Assembly: GCF_000372725.1 (NCBI RefSeq)
Contig: NW_005201192.1
Coordinates: 186,001-250,000, forward strand
Source: Emiliania huxleyi CCMP1516
Lineage: Eukaryota
DNA: 64,000 nucleotides
Reading direction: 5' to 3'
Under the pieces are notes generated by a model that was not told where the DNA came from, searched no databases, and saw nothing but the letters and a program-made list of their open reading frames with translations. Each line of letters opens with the position of its first letter. Positions within the stretch are counted from its first letter, which is position 1. The position numbers and the translations under genes are program-made. This document shows, one piece after another, positions 11,648-23,979 of the stretch.

Positions 11648-12256
11648 CTTGGAATTGGATAGATAGATATCTGGTGGACGCGCTCGCTATAGCGCGCCCG
11701 CCGAGGGTCGCGTGGAGCGTATTGTATCTCACCTTTCGTTCGGGACACTCAAACCGTAAATGTATCACGCATCCGGGACGCCCCCCGGCGGGGTGTGCGC
11801 GTCGTCGCCCCGCCCCAGCGCGCAGCGGCGTGACGCAGGGGCTTTGAAGGGGCCAGGGGCTCTCCGCGCAGGCCGCAGGGTCGCACGCGAAAAGTGAAAA
11901 GGCGAACACGCGTCACGCGACACACCATACTCACAGGGGGCGACCCAGCAGGGTTTCACTGACAGAACCCCCCAACGTTGGCCCAACCTCGAGACCCCAA
12001 CACGCAACAGCGTTTTATTCATTTACACGCGGCGCACACCTCAGCGGGGAGCCTCCTGATCCTCCGCCGCGCTCCTTTTTCTAGTTGAGCCTCTCTTGAT
12101 TGTGCACACACACAGAGGCGTCCCAGCTAAACTCACACTGACGCCGTTTGTGGCTCTGAACGGGCAGAGGGCCCCCGCGCACGAGAGCCGTCACGAGGTC
12201 TGGAGGGCCGGTTCACACTGCCCAGCCACCCTGTCTATGCCTCATCCTTGGGCTGT

Positions 12257-13150
12257 CTATGCCTCATCCTTGGGCGGCGTGCTGATCACCAGGGTGGCTG
12301 AGTTGATGTACGAGAGCGCCGGGAACGACTTTTTCAGGTACGAGTTGCCCTCCGACTGAATCCGGCCCTGATCTGGGCTTTCTCCGTGGCCCGCGTAGAT
12401 GGCGTCCACCGTCTCCATCCCCGCGATCACCTTGCCGAAGGGCGAAAACCCCATGCCGTCGAGGTTTTTGTTGTCGACAAAGTTGATGAAGACCTGTTCA
12501 CGGGGCAAGGGCGGGTCCGTCAACCCGTCTCGACCCGTGAGCAGGAGCGGGCAACGCCATTCGTGGGTTCCTGTGTCGTTCGAGAGTCCTTGCCCGAAGT
12601 GGCAAACGTGATGGTGCCGCGCTCATTGGACTTGGCCACGGGGTCGTCAGTGATCTTCTTTTCGCGCCTGTGCGGGTGCAGAAATTCGTCTTGGACGCGT
12701 CATCACACCACCCGGAGGGCTCCCGCTCCGCTCTCGAGCGCCATTCCGCGGCCGCGCTCGGCTTCCCCGGTATGCCCCACTGCACCATGAAGCCAGAGAC
12801 CACGCGAAAGAAGCGCGCAGCCTTCCAGATCCCGGCGTCAATGATCTCGCGGAAGCGCGCCGCGCCGAGCGGCGCCCAGTCGGGATATACCTCAACCGTG
12901 AACTTGGCCTTCTCACCCTGAGAGAGTATCAGGTGGACTGAGTTCACCGGCAGGGATGTTTTGTGAGCGCGGTTCCGGGAGCGTCACCTTCTTGAGCGTA
13001 ATCTCAAACTCGACCTATTTGCATGGTGCGAAATCGCTCAGCTATCAGGCCCGCTTACATCAGGAATATAGCCGGAGTCTCCTGGTAAGGTTCGGCGGCA
13101 GCGGCCGCGCCGAGGAGGCACGCCAGTAGTGCCGCGGCTTTCGTCACCAT
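12257..13150 (-). CDS. Cyclophilin-type peptidyl-prolyl cis-trans isomerase with signal peptide
   Basis: MVTKAAALLACLLGAAAAAEP; FTVEVYPDWAPLGAARF; RFFRVVSGFMVQWGI; SNERGTITFATSGKDSRTTQVFINFVDNKNLDGMGFSPFGKV; C-terminus KDEA. Confidence 0.93.
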
Positions 13151-13926
13151 CTTGGGACGTGTACGTGGGGTGGGGACGCTCACCACGCAGATGCCAGAGA
13201 CGCGCCGATCGCGGCTGCCTCGCTTGCACACGTGTCCACAGACCTCGGGACCACTCGGAGATCGGCAGGGCGCGAATTCGCATTTCGGTTCTTCCTCAGA
13301 GACAGAAGGCCCACTCGGCATGCGAGGCAACGCCAACATGTGGCATAAAAGTGCACTTCCTGCCACAGAGAGTCACTCGGTGCAGCCGCGCAGCGGGCTC
13401 GTGGCATCACCCGATCCGTGTGGAGTGCACGAGGTGCTCGGCGACGGGTGCAGCCCTGATGCGAGCCGTGCTGGCATGCTCACGCTGTGCGCCAAAGGCT
13501 CGCCACCGCCAGGGTCACAAACCTGGTCCGCAACGCGATTGTGGCCCTGGTGTGGTGGCTTCCTCGATGGCTTGTGACCACGGCGAGCGAACATTTAGCG
13601 ACCGGCTGCGCAGCCCGACGCCGACTTGGCTCACGGGACCCACAAAGCAGCTATCGCGCAGCGCCCGTCGCTACACGTAGACAGTGAACACTGGATACGT
13701 CCAACGGCGTCCAACTTGGTAAAATTCGGTCCAGCTGATTAACCCTGGTAGGTGGACAAAAATATGTGTTTTTCGGCCTCCCCTCCCTAACATTAGCCGG
13801 CCAAAATGTACTCTGACCGGTTAATATTAGGGAGGGGGGGGCGGTCGGGTGTCAGACCTAGCGCTAGGCGTGCGAGGCTGACGTATTTTGGACAATCCAC
13901 CTACCAGGGTTAATAACCCTACCCCG

Positions 13927-13956
13927 AACCCTAACCCTAACCCTAACCCTAACCCT
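13927..13956 (+). repeat. Interstitial telomere-like repeat (AACCCT)5
   Basis: aaccctaaccctaaccctaaccctaaccct. Confidence 0.85.
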
Positions 13957-14272
13957 AGGCTTGAGCAGGAAAGGAATTTTATTACCCTCTCCCTGCACGA
14001 CACTGGGCACGGGACTGGCGCGCACTGGCATTTCACAGGTACACAGGAAAGAGAAATGGCGGATTAAGTTCTCTTACAATGGACAATCTGCAACTATGCA
14101 GTGAGGTTGGCCGCTTTGTGTATCGAGAAGGCCGCCCGCAGGAAGCCAATTCTTCACTTGGGCCCTCGGCGAGGGCCCAAGTGAAGAATTGGCTTTCTTT
14201 TGGCGGGCAAGCAGTGAGGAGTTGGCCTGGGCCCGAGCCCCTTGCCCGTAGGCGACAAGACATGCGCAGAGG

Positions 14273-14519
14273 GAGGGCCCAACTTGAGAATCGTGCTTTT
14301 GGGGTGAGGTTGACGGTTGTTTGGGTGAGGTTGTTCCCATCGAGGCTACCTCCTCCGTGGGCTCGCATCTTCGCGAAGGCTGAGACTGTATCGCCGCCTC
14401 TCACGACAGAGTAGGGTTGTGCTTCTCCACCAACCTCACTCGGAACAACCTCACCCAAGCACAACCCAACCTAACACGAAACAACCTCACAAAAAGCACG
14501 ATTCTCAAGTTGGGCCCTC
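14273..14519. mobile_element. MITE-like element with ~38-bp terminal inverted repeats
   Basis: GAGGGCCCAACTTGAGAATCGTGCTTTT..GTGAGGTTG at the left and its reverse complement CAACCTCAC.AAAAGCACGATTCTCAAGTTGGGCCCTC at the right; no TSD found. Confidence 0.7.
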
Positions 14520-14792
14520 TCTTTCTCTCTTGCCCTCAGAGGGCGGTGAAGCGCGGTGAGGGGCCGAAGTCAAAAGACGAGAGAACGAGGCGGAGAGTAA
14601 ACTCCGCAGAGCCCGAAGACTCGCAGCGATCCCCAGAGGTGGGGAAGTGAGCGGAGGCCTGCTGAGCCGAGTGGAGGCGGTGGCCTGCCAAGTGGTCAGA
14701 GAGGGAAGGGGCACACCCATCGAGGGAAAGAAAAAGAAAACTGCGAAGATGGAAGAAGAACAAAAAGTGAAAAATTCGTATATTGCTTAGGG

Positions 14793-15277
14793 CTTAGGGG
14801 ACCCCTAGGGTTCTGAGGGCCGGATTTTTTTAAGACCTTTTAAGAGATTGGCGGCTACAGAGCCGCCTCGGTGCGTTTAAGAGATTGGGCCCATGCTGCC
14901 GCTCCCATTTAAGAGACCATTTAAGAGAATCGCACACCGCGCCCAACCTGAGCCATTTGAGCCATTTAGAGCGTTTAAGCGCGGGGAGGCTGGCGGGCGG
15001 GCGGGCGAGCGAGCGGGCGGGCGGGCGGCAGAGAGCGAAGCGCTCTCGGGGCCGAGCGAAGAGCTTTCGCCGCCCGTCGGCAAGTTTTGAGTATAGACCA
15101 TTCATGGTGTGATCGCGTTTAAGGGCGCGGGCCGAGGCTGCCGAGTCGTTTGACCGTTTAAGACCGTTTAAGGAATCGGCGGCCCAGCAGCTCTTAAAAC
15201 CGGCCTAGGCCGGTTTTAAGCCGTTTAAGCCGCAGGCGCCCCAGGGCCCACCCTTTTAAGCCTAGGGGTCCCCTAAG
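14793..15277. mobile_element. Non-autonomous TIR element (MITE) with 8-bp TSD GCTTAGGG
   Basis: TIR CTTAGGGGACCCCTAGG / CCTAGGGGTCCCCTAAG; direct repeat GCTTAGGG at 14785-14792 and 15278-15285; internal TTTAAG arrays. Confidence 0.85.
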
Positions 15278-15756
15278 GCTTAGGGCTTAGGGTTAGGCGG
15301 CTCCGCCTCCGGTGGTTTGCCTGTGATAGCGGTGCTAGCACGCGCCAGTCCGCACCTGTGTCGAGCCTGTCTAAAAGAAAGAAAACAGACAACCCAAGGG
15401 AGGGATGGGAGGACGGCACGGGACGCCGCCACCACACAGGGATTTGAAGGAGAGCGAGAGGAGTGTGGTGCTAGCCGTCGCCCACCCTAACCCTTGGTCG
15501 TCTGCCTCTTTCTATCTCCCTTCGCAGTCCCTCGCCGATTCTCGCTGCAACCTTCATGCTGCCACCTCGCGGTCGTCCCACTCTCGTCGTTCTCCTCCTG
15601 GTCCCATGGTCCAAATTCTTATCGATCAACACTTTCGATAGACCGAAAGTAAGATCGTTCGGTGCAGAAACGCCGGCCATGCCCATGTAACGCACTTGTG
15701 CTCGCTTTTTTTGATTTTTTGGTTTAGAAGTGTCTCCAAGTCTTCTGGACCCATCG

Positions 15757-16320
15757 ATGGCCGTCGCCTCGACGCCGCTCGTCGCGGCACCATCGTGCCC
15801 GGCCTGGGCGAAGCGTCGTCGCGGGTTCCCGCCGCAGTTCGACGGCAAGCCGTGCGAGCCTGCCGAGGAGGAGGACATGTGGCTGTGCAGAGCCGACGGC
15901 CGCGCGCGCAGCACCGCCGACCTGAAGCGCCTGGCGACCGCCGCTCGGGTGCGAGCGAAACGAGCAGGAGATGCAGCCGCCGCGAACACGCGCGATCGGC
16001 AGGCGCGCGACCAGCGCCGCCGGCAGCGTGAGCAGCACGACCGGCGTGCAGCGCCGGCGGTCGCCAAGACCGTGCGCCCACAACGCGGCCAGTGCGGCTG
16101 CCCGGCGCACGCGGTGTGCGGCATGTGCGTCGACCAGGGCAAGCTCGCCGCGGCCGAGCAGGCGGCCATCGACCTGGAGACGCGCTTCCACGCCTCGACG
16201 AACGTCGTCATGGACCTGGAGCGGCCCGAGGACGAGACGGCGGCGCTGCTGCAGCGCTGCGTGCACGTCTCCGACGAGACGAAGCGGCGGCTGCTGGGCG
16301 AGTGGATGGTGAAATTTAGA
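15757..16320 (+). other. Possible coding fragment of unknown function, perhaps TE-derived
   Basis: Coding-like reading frame (...CGCPAHAVCGMCVDQG...LETRFHASTNVVMDLERPEDETAALLQRCVHVSDETKRRLLGEWMVKF) with no recognisable family and no nearby stop. Confidence 0.3.
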
Positions 16321-16408
16321 AAAGGAGGTGCGGTGTTGATCGCCGCGGGAGCCCTCTTATTTTGCTCTCCCAGGGCGCACAAAACGCTAGCGCCCCGGGT
16401 CGCAAAGC

Positions 16409-17020
16409 ATGCCGCGGACGGACCTGTTTGCAAAGACCGAGCGGCCGGCAATCGCCCTCGACAGCGGCAGCAGCAGCATCAAGATTGGCTTCTGCGGCGA
16501 GGAGACGCCGCGTGCAGTCGTGCCGACGACGGGGTTGGAGGAGGCGAATGGTGCCGTGCCGCTCAAGGCTGGCGTGGTTCAGGACTGGGAGGCGATGGAG
16601 GTGTACTGGGACCACGCCTTCACCCACGCTCTCGGCGTCGACACCGAGGTGCGCCACGCCATCCACGCCACCGAGCGATCCTCTCACACCCATCGCCGCC
16701 GTGCCTCGCCTCTCTCCACCACCTCCCTGACTCAACCCGTCGCCGCCCCGCCACCGCCCCAAGGCGTGCCACGTCATCACCACCGCGCACCTCTTCGAGA
16801 CGAAGCTCAACAAAGAACGCATGGCCCAGTCGCTCTTTGAGTCTTTTGCGGTGCCGCCGCCGCCCCGCCGCCCTCTCCACCCTCCACCCTCTCCTCCACA
16901 CTCATGCACCTCCCCTCCCCCACCGACTGCCTCCCGCCACTGCCTCTGCCTCCCGTCTCTCGGCCGTCTCTACCTCTGCAGGCATCCGCCCAACACCAAC
17001 GCTGTCCTCCTCCTACACGC

Positions 17021-17073
<53 letters not shown>

Positions 17074-18734
17074 CCCTGCCTCCCCGCGCCACCCGCCCTC
17101 CCCTCCCCTCCCCCCTGCCGCCCGCAGGTGGCAGGCGTCTTCCTCTCGGCACCGCCCGTCTTCGAGCTCTACGCCGCCGGCAAAGAGAGCGGCGTCGTGC
17201 TCGGCTGTGGCGCAGAGTGCACCTATGCGGTCCCCTCCCGCGCCACTGTTCTCTCGCCCTCCCCCCCCGCCNNNNNNNNNNNNNNNNNNNNNNNNNNNNN
17301 NNNNNNNNNNNNNNNNNNNNNNNNNNNNNNNNNNNNNNNNNNNNNNNNNNNNNNNNNNNNNNNNNNNNNNNNNNNNNNNNNNNNNNNNNNNNNNNNNNNN
17401 NNNNNNNNNNNNNNNNNNNNNNNNNNNNNNNNNNNNNNNNNNNNNNNNNNNNNNNNNNNNNNNNNNNNNNNNNNNNNNNNNNNNNNNNNNNNNNNNNNNN
17501 NNNNNNNNNNNNNNNNNNNNNNNNNNNNNNNNNNNNNNNNNNNNNNNNNNNNNNNNNNNNNNNNNNNNNNNNNNNNNNNNNNNNNNNNNNNNNNNNNNNN
17601 NNNNNNNNNNNNNNNNNNNNNNNNNNNNNNNNNNNNNNNNNNNNNNNNNNNNNNNNNNNNNNNNNNNNNNNNNNNNNNNNNNNNNNNNNNNNNNNNNNNN
17701 NNNNNNNNNNNNNNNNNNNNNNNNNNNNNNNNNNNNNNNNNNNNNNNNNNNNNNNNNNNNNNNNNNNNNNNNNNNNNNNNNNNNNNNNNNNNNNNNNNNN
17801 NNNNNNNNNNNNNNNNNNNNNNNNNNNNNNNNNNNNNNNNNNNNNNNNNNNNNNNNNNNNNNNNNNNNNNNNNNNNNNNNNNNNNNNNNNNNNNNNNNNN
17901 NNNNNNNNNNNNNNNNNNNNNNNNNNNNNNNNNNNNNNNNNNNNNNNNNNNNNNNNNNNNNNNNNNNNNNNNNNNNNNNNNNNNNNNNNNNNNNNNNNNN
18001 GGTACCCCTCCCGCGTGTGAGGACTCCGGAGGGCTCGCGAGCCGTTGCGACTGCATACGCGAGATCAGCCGAGATCAGCCGAGATCCAGCCGAGATCCAG
18101 CCGAGATCCAGCCGAGATCCAGCCGAGATCCAGCCGAGATCCAGCCGAGATCCAGCCGAGATCCAGCCGAGATCCAGCCGAGATCCAGCCGAGCGAGATA
18201 GCAGCCGAGATGTGGCCTGTGCCCCTCCCCACCCCTCGGCCTCACCCGCCGCCGCCCCCCGCCGCCTCTCAGGCGCGCGCGACCGCGACGGCGTGCTCGA
18301 GTCGACGGTGCACGGCAGGGACGGCACCGGCGCTTGGTACGGGCAGGTCGTGCTGGCTGGCGGCACGTCGACCTTGCCCGGTCCCGCCCAGAGCCAGCCG
18401 AGGCCCCTCTTCGACGCACCGACGTGAGGCGTGCCCGCGTCGCGTCTCGGCTGTAGGGCTGCCGGAGCGGCTGTCTGCGGAGCTGACGCGGTACGCGCCG
18501 CACGACTCGCCGGCCAAGGTGACGGCGCTGGAGGGGCGCGAGCACGCGGCGTGGCTGGGCGCCGGCTGCGCGCGGCGGAGTGTGGGGGTGGGCGGCTTCC
18601 CCCCCCACGGCCGCCGCTGTCGGCTTGTAGGCGCTTCAATCCTCGGCTCGCTGGGGGTGATGCCGCCCATGTGGGTCTCCAAGCAAGAGTACGACGAGAA
18701 CGGGCCCCTCATCGTCCACCGCAAATGCTTCTGA
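16409..18734 (+). CDS. Divergent actin / actin-related protein, multi-exon, spans an N-gap
   Basis: IALDSGSSSIKIGFCGEETPRAVVPT; PLKAGVVQDWEAMEVYWDHAF; NKERMAQSLFESFAV; VVLAGGTSTLPG; AAWLG-ASILGSL; WVSKQEYDENGPLIVHRKCF. Confidence 0.92.
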
Positions 18735-18890
18735 GCGCGCACAGGGCTATTTCGCTCTTCGTGTGTTACTGCCGCCCAGAGTCGCTCCCGTTCGCTCGAG
18801 CTCGCCATCCCTTATTTTCGCGACGCGAGACCTGGTTCCACCCACCGTATTCGCGCACATCAGAACCAACAAGAAGAATCGCACGCGCCT

Positions 18891-21800
18891 TACGGGGACC
18901 ACAGGATAATAAAATAAATAAAGAAATTGCGGCAACTCTGACGTCTGAGCCGGCAAGCGCAACGGCCAACGCAAAGAACCTTGCACAAGGCCGAGCGTTT
19001 TTGATCCCTCGGTCTGCGGGCGCCCGCCCGCCTGAGCCCTGGTCTGACAGCCTGACAGCAGACCCGGACAGCGCCTGACAGTGCCCGACAGCCTGACAGC
19101 GTTGACAGCACTTCTCTGACAGCCTGACAGCACGTATCTGACAGCCTGACAGCAGAGTCTGACAGTCGAGGGGCTCTGTCGCTGTCAGGCCCTAACGTGA
19201 CAGCCTGACAGCTGCCCGACAGCCCGACAGCACACAGTGGCCTGACAGCAGCGCTGACAGCCCGACAGCCCGACCAGCCCGACAGCAGCACAGACCATAC
19301 ACAGGCCGTGCAGCCTCTTTCTTGTGCCCCATGAGGGTATAACAAAACTATTACATGCAAAGACATGTAGTCATGGGATGGTCATGGGTCTCTCCTAGGG
19401 TCTCTCTCTCAACCCTCCCGCCCCACCTCTGCGGACCCGCGGCTGTGCTACTACAAATGAAGCTACCAGCTAGCCTTCTGGGGCCCTACAGCCATATGCC
19501 TACAGTGTCTGGGTGGGGGTGGCCGCCGCCGTTTGTGCCGCCGCTGCCTGCGCCTGCGCCGCCATCTGCGCTCCCCAGGCGGCCGCCGCTGCCGGCGTGA
19601 TCACGCCGTAGGAGGGGGGCAGCTGCGTAGCCGCCGGCGTCACCGGCGTCAGCGCCCCCGCCGCCGCCCGGCCAGCGGCCACAGCCCGTCTCCATCCAGG
19701 AGGAGTCAAAGGATCGCAAGCTCCGCTTCCACGTCAAGCGGCTCATCAAGTCCCATCAGCAGCGGGGCGAGGATGTGGACGAGGAGCTCGACTTCTACAT
19801 GGATGATGATGACGGTGACCTTGCCTGCCTGTCACACAGACACATAAGACGTGCATCCTCATCTCTCCCTCTTCTCTTTCTCTTCGCAGTTGCGGTGCTC
19901 TTCACCATGGAGGATAGCTCCAAGGTCTTTGCCATCGGCAACATCGAGCAGGTGGCCGTCGCCGACGGCACGGTAGACGCGCGCCGCGCCACTGGCAGCT
20001 CGAGCGCAGAGTACCTGCGCCAGCTCTCGATGAGTCAGCGCAGCAACGGGGTCTTCATCAACGACCCCAAGGGCCTCTTTATCCTCCGGTGGTACCGTGA
20101 GGTGAAGGGTGACGGGACCCCCCCAGACGGCCCGCGCTACCAGAACAGAGCGTGCAAGTACTACAAGCTGACGAGCAACAACGATGGGGAGGCCTTCCGC
20201 TGGACCAGCAACTACCAGATCATCAGCAAGGTGTACCTGAAGAAGCACTCCAGTCTGCCTCTCTGCTATTCTCTCAGTGCGGCAGACAAGAAGATGGTGA
20301 CGTCCACCATGAAGAAGATGGTGGGACCGGAGGCAGAGTAGAGACTAGAGTATGTGTGCAGTAGAGTCCTGCTGGTCTCCTCTTGATAGTGTCATAAGTG
20401 TGGCTGGTGTGTGTCAGAGCCTGACAGCACCCCGACAGCACCACCTGACAGCACCTGACAGCAACAGCCCAACGTCTGACAGCAGCAGCAGCCTGACAGC
20501 TCTGACAGCTCCGACAGCGTCTGACAGCAACACCCGACAGCTCTGACAGCACCCGACAGCTACAGAGCCCCTCGACTGTCAGACCCGCACCCGACAGCAC
20601 CCGACAGCACTGACAGCACCCGACAGCTGGTCTGACAGAGGCACCTGACAGTGCCTGACAGCTGCCCGACAGCCCGACAGATCACCTGACAGCACCTGAC
20701 AGCCTGACAGCCAGGGCTCAGCCGCCCGCCGCCTCTGAGGGGGTCGGGCCCCCTCTGGGGGGAGGCGAGGGCCCTAGGGGGTACCCATGCGGGGGGGAGA
20801 TGGGATCCCCCAGCCCGCCGCAGGCGCCGATTTTTTTGGCATTTTTTTTCGCGCGATTTTTTACTTGTTTTCATGGGAATTCGGCGTACTTGCGGCCATG
20901 CTATCACGCCTTGCGACATCCTTTCGGCGCTGCTGACCGTGCCATGCTGCTCAACTGACCGCCTGCATAGCTCGCGGCCTTAGTCTTCGGCATTCAGTGA
21001 CGACCTGATCGTACGGCCAGTAGGAAGGTGTCCTTCCAGCGCGTGCACGCTTCTGACGCAATGCGCGTCACAAACTGCCTCGGATTGGCTGCTGGCACTC
21101 TCGAGGCTATGCCTACACAGCCTCGCGCGCATGGGCAGTCAAGAGGACCACGCACCTTCTCAGGACAGCGCCGGTGCCTCTCTCTTGGACCGGCAAACGT
21201 GGTGGTCTCGTGTCACCGATGTGGGACCAGTGCGGCATCGCGCCATCGACAGCTCTGAACTGCGCCTCACCACTGACCGGGAAGGCCGCCAAGTGGGTCA
21301 GCACCGGTCGCACATTGTGGCAGCAGTCAGCAGCGCATGTCTGATAGCTAGAGCAGCAGCGTCAGGGTCGCAGGGTCGGATCGTGTCAAGCCTCTCGCCC
21401 GGCCGGCCGCGTGCAGACCTGTCTGCTGTCTGGAGTGATCTGTCGGCGGTCAGTACGACCGATCAGGTCGGAGTTTTCTGATGGTTGGAGGGTCTATCTG
21501 TATGTACTCCTCGAGATCTCTCCAAATCTGCCCTCTGATCAACCGTGATCATTCGGGAAGTTGGTGCTAACGGAGACTAACGGAGCCGGAGCCCCGTTTC
21601 CGCACTGAGCTGCGCGGCGCACGGTGCCTCCGGGGCCCCCCGCCTCCCCCCAGAGCGGGCCCCCTAGTCTGAAAACAAAAACAAGCTCGAAAACAGCCAA
21701 AATCAGCCTGCGAGAGAGGCACTGCGCGCCGCTGACCTCATGTGGGGATGTGTGCCGACACCAATACTGATCTAAAACCTGGAAACCCTTGTTCAAAGCC

Positions 21801-22140
21801 GACCCTAAGCCGCTAAGCGCCATCCTTCCTGCTCTCACCTGATGCTGCTTCCCCGCGCCGCCTCCTTGGCCCCTTGGGCGTATTTTTCTACTCCCAGTGG
21901 GGGGCCTGGGGCCCCGCCCCCCCCCCCTTGTTTTCTGTTTTCTGTTTTTCAAAACGCCCGCCCGCCCGCCACCCCGAGGCGGCTCGGCCCCCCACAGACC
22001 GAGAGATCAAAAACGCTCGGCCCAACGAGATCGCGCACGGCCACGGGGGCGGGCGGACCTGTTCTCAGTATAGGTGTCTGTTTTGTTTATTTATGATTTT
22101 TATGCCGCAGCGCGCTGGGATCCGGATCCTGGGGCTCTGT
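18891..22140. mobile_element. Nested/composite TE remnant with CTGACAG subterminal arrays and an internal ORF
   Basis: (C/T)GACAG arrays at 19040-19290 and 20420-20710. Inverted pairs 19158-19180/20562-20584 and ~18989-19017/21994-22022. ORF 19775-20341. Confidence 0.6.
19775..20341 (+). CDS. Hypothetical protein or fragment inside a repeat element
   Basis: Open frame with coding-like composition (MEDSSKVFAIGNIEQ...LFILRWYREVK...FRWTSNYQIISKVYLKK); no family recognised. Confidence 0.4.
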   Translation: MDEELDFYMDDDDGDLACLSHRHIRRASSSLPLLFLFAVAVLFTMEDSSKVFAIGNIEQVAVADGTVDARRATGSSSAEYLRQLSMSQRSNGVFINDPKGLFILRWYREVKGDGTPPDGPRYQNRACKYYKLTSNNDGEAFRWTSNYQIISKVYLKKHSSLPLCYSLSAADKKMVTSTMKKMVGPEAE

Positions 22141-22428
22141 TCACCACGTTGACACCCTAGATGCAATAGCGAATAGGTAGGTAGGTCCGGTTTTGACCGC
22201 CCCAGGTTTTGACCGCCCCAGAGCGCAGAGAGAGGGCCCTACAACAGGTAGGTAGAAGGTACCCCCTTTTTTCGTCTTTTTTCGCTTCGCTGCGCGGCCT
22301 GGGGTTAGGTAGGTAGGTAGGGCGTTTTGGCGCGAGTCATGGTCGACAGACTCCCTATCTGGGTAGGAGCCGGAAGCCTGGCGCGTGAGGTGCACCATCG
22401 GCGGGCGCTTTGGACATCGTTCCAAGTG

Positions 22429-23979
22429 CATGGTTGCTCCGCCGCCCACCTGCGACTGGGCGTTCGGGAAAGAGAACCTCCGCAGCCGCGAACCTCCTCA
22501 TTGGTGTGACTACTATGATGCCAACCGATCCGGTTGCGCGGGTGCCTTTGTGTCTGGTGGCGGCGCACGCGACGGTGTATGGTTTGCGCCGTGCGTCTTT
22601 GCAGATGGCCACTGCAGGGCATCTGGCGATCGCTCCGTCTGCGCCTTTCCGTCTCTACCTCCGCCTTCTCCGCTCCCGACCACCGAGCACCTCCGCAGCG
22701 TGTTTCGGGGGATCAATGCGCGGTTTCGGAGAGGACGACCGTCAACAGAGCTTTTGGAGGCAGGCGTGCTCGTCCACATGTTTGACAAGCAAGGGCTGCT
22801 CAACACGAGACTGGTTAAGTGGGGTCGGCCAGGCGGCGGTGAATTCTACTCGGGATCGATCATCCGGACCGCCAAGGCGTTCGTCTGGGGCGGTGGCGAC
22901 ATCAGCGGCGGCTTTGTGCTCGCGCCATCGACGCAAATCCTTTGCGCCTACGACCACGACCAGGGCACTGACGGCCAGGCCAACGGCGGTTGCCCGATCG
23001 ATCACGAGTGGTCTGGCGATGACCTGCTCGCAGTCCTCGAGGCAGGGGCACCACAGACAGCCTACTGGATCAACGAGATCATCGTGGGAGGCGCCGCGTG
23101 GGAGCGCTCGCTGCCAGGAGGTGTTGAGGCCTTTTTCACGTCCGGCGGGCGCGGCGCCGACCAGCTCCGCGCGGCGCACCGCGCTTTCCTCGAAGAGCAC
23201 GGCCTCTGCGCGTCGCAGGCCTGCCGGGGTCTTGGGGGGAAAAGAGGAGCCGAGATATGTGAGCCGGACGATGAGAGGCATTCGACTCTTGCGCGCCGCA
23301 GGTGCCTCTGCTGCGCTACATGGGTGCAGGTCCCGAGGATGCCTTCGTCGACATCTCGCCGCCCCCACCGCCCGGCTCGCGCTGCCGGCCTTGGCTGCTG
23401 CCAGCGTGCGCCGCGGGCCGTTCCCCGGTGCGTTGGTACAATGACTGCTCGACTGTGAAGAGCGAGGCCACCTGCGAGGGGTCCTTCTCCTGGTCGCTGG
23501 CGGGGGAGCCGATGCCTTGCCACTGGGAGCGACGGGCAGACAAGCTCGTGGGGATGTGCAGGAAACAGCCCGCGGGATGCATAAACTCTCCTCCTCCTCC
23601 GCCACCGCCACCACCGCCGCCGATGCCACCCTCGCCCCCGCCCCCGCTGCCGCCACCGCCCGTGCCGCCGCTCTCTCCACCGCCCCTCCCGCCGCCTCCT
23701 CCGTCCTCACCACCTCTGCTGTCGCTATTGTCGCCACCGCCACGACGCACCGAATTCCTCCTCCTCGCTGGAGGTGTCTTGCTAGCGGTCGTCTTGCTGG
23801 TGTTGCGGTCAAGACGAAAGTCGCCGATGGAGCGGGTGGCAGTGCGCAGCATTGGAGCAACGGATCGCCGCCGGAAGTCACAGAGGGCGCGCGGGTCGCC
23901 GAGGAGGCCTGGAGCGCGGGTGGCGCCAGACGAGAGTGAGGAGACCCAGTCGCTGAAGGTGTCGATGAATGTACGCTGA
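22429..23979 (+). CDS. Putative single-pass membrane protein with Cys-rich modules and Pro-rich stalk (one GC-AG intron ~23219-23301)
   Basis: ORFs 22385-23458 and 23302-23979 join across the intron. Contains an INARFRRGRPS..AGVLVHMFD..WINEIIV region, poly-Pro, and the TM segment FLLLAGGVLLAVVLLVL followed by RSRRK. Confidence 0.6.

Noticed and set aside
15730..18201. 823-aa ORF and other ORFs spanning N-runs
   Set aside because: Artefacts of reading through gaps and introns; the real gene is the spliced actin-like CDS
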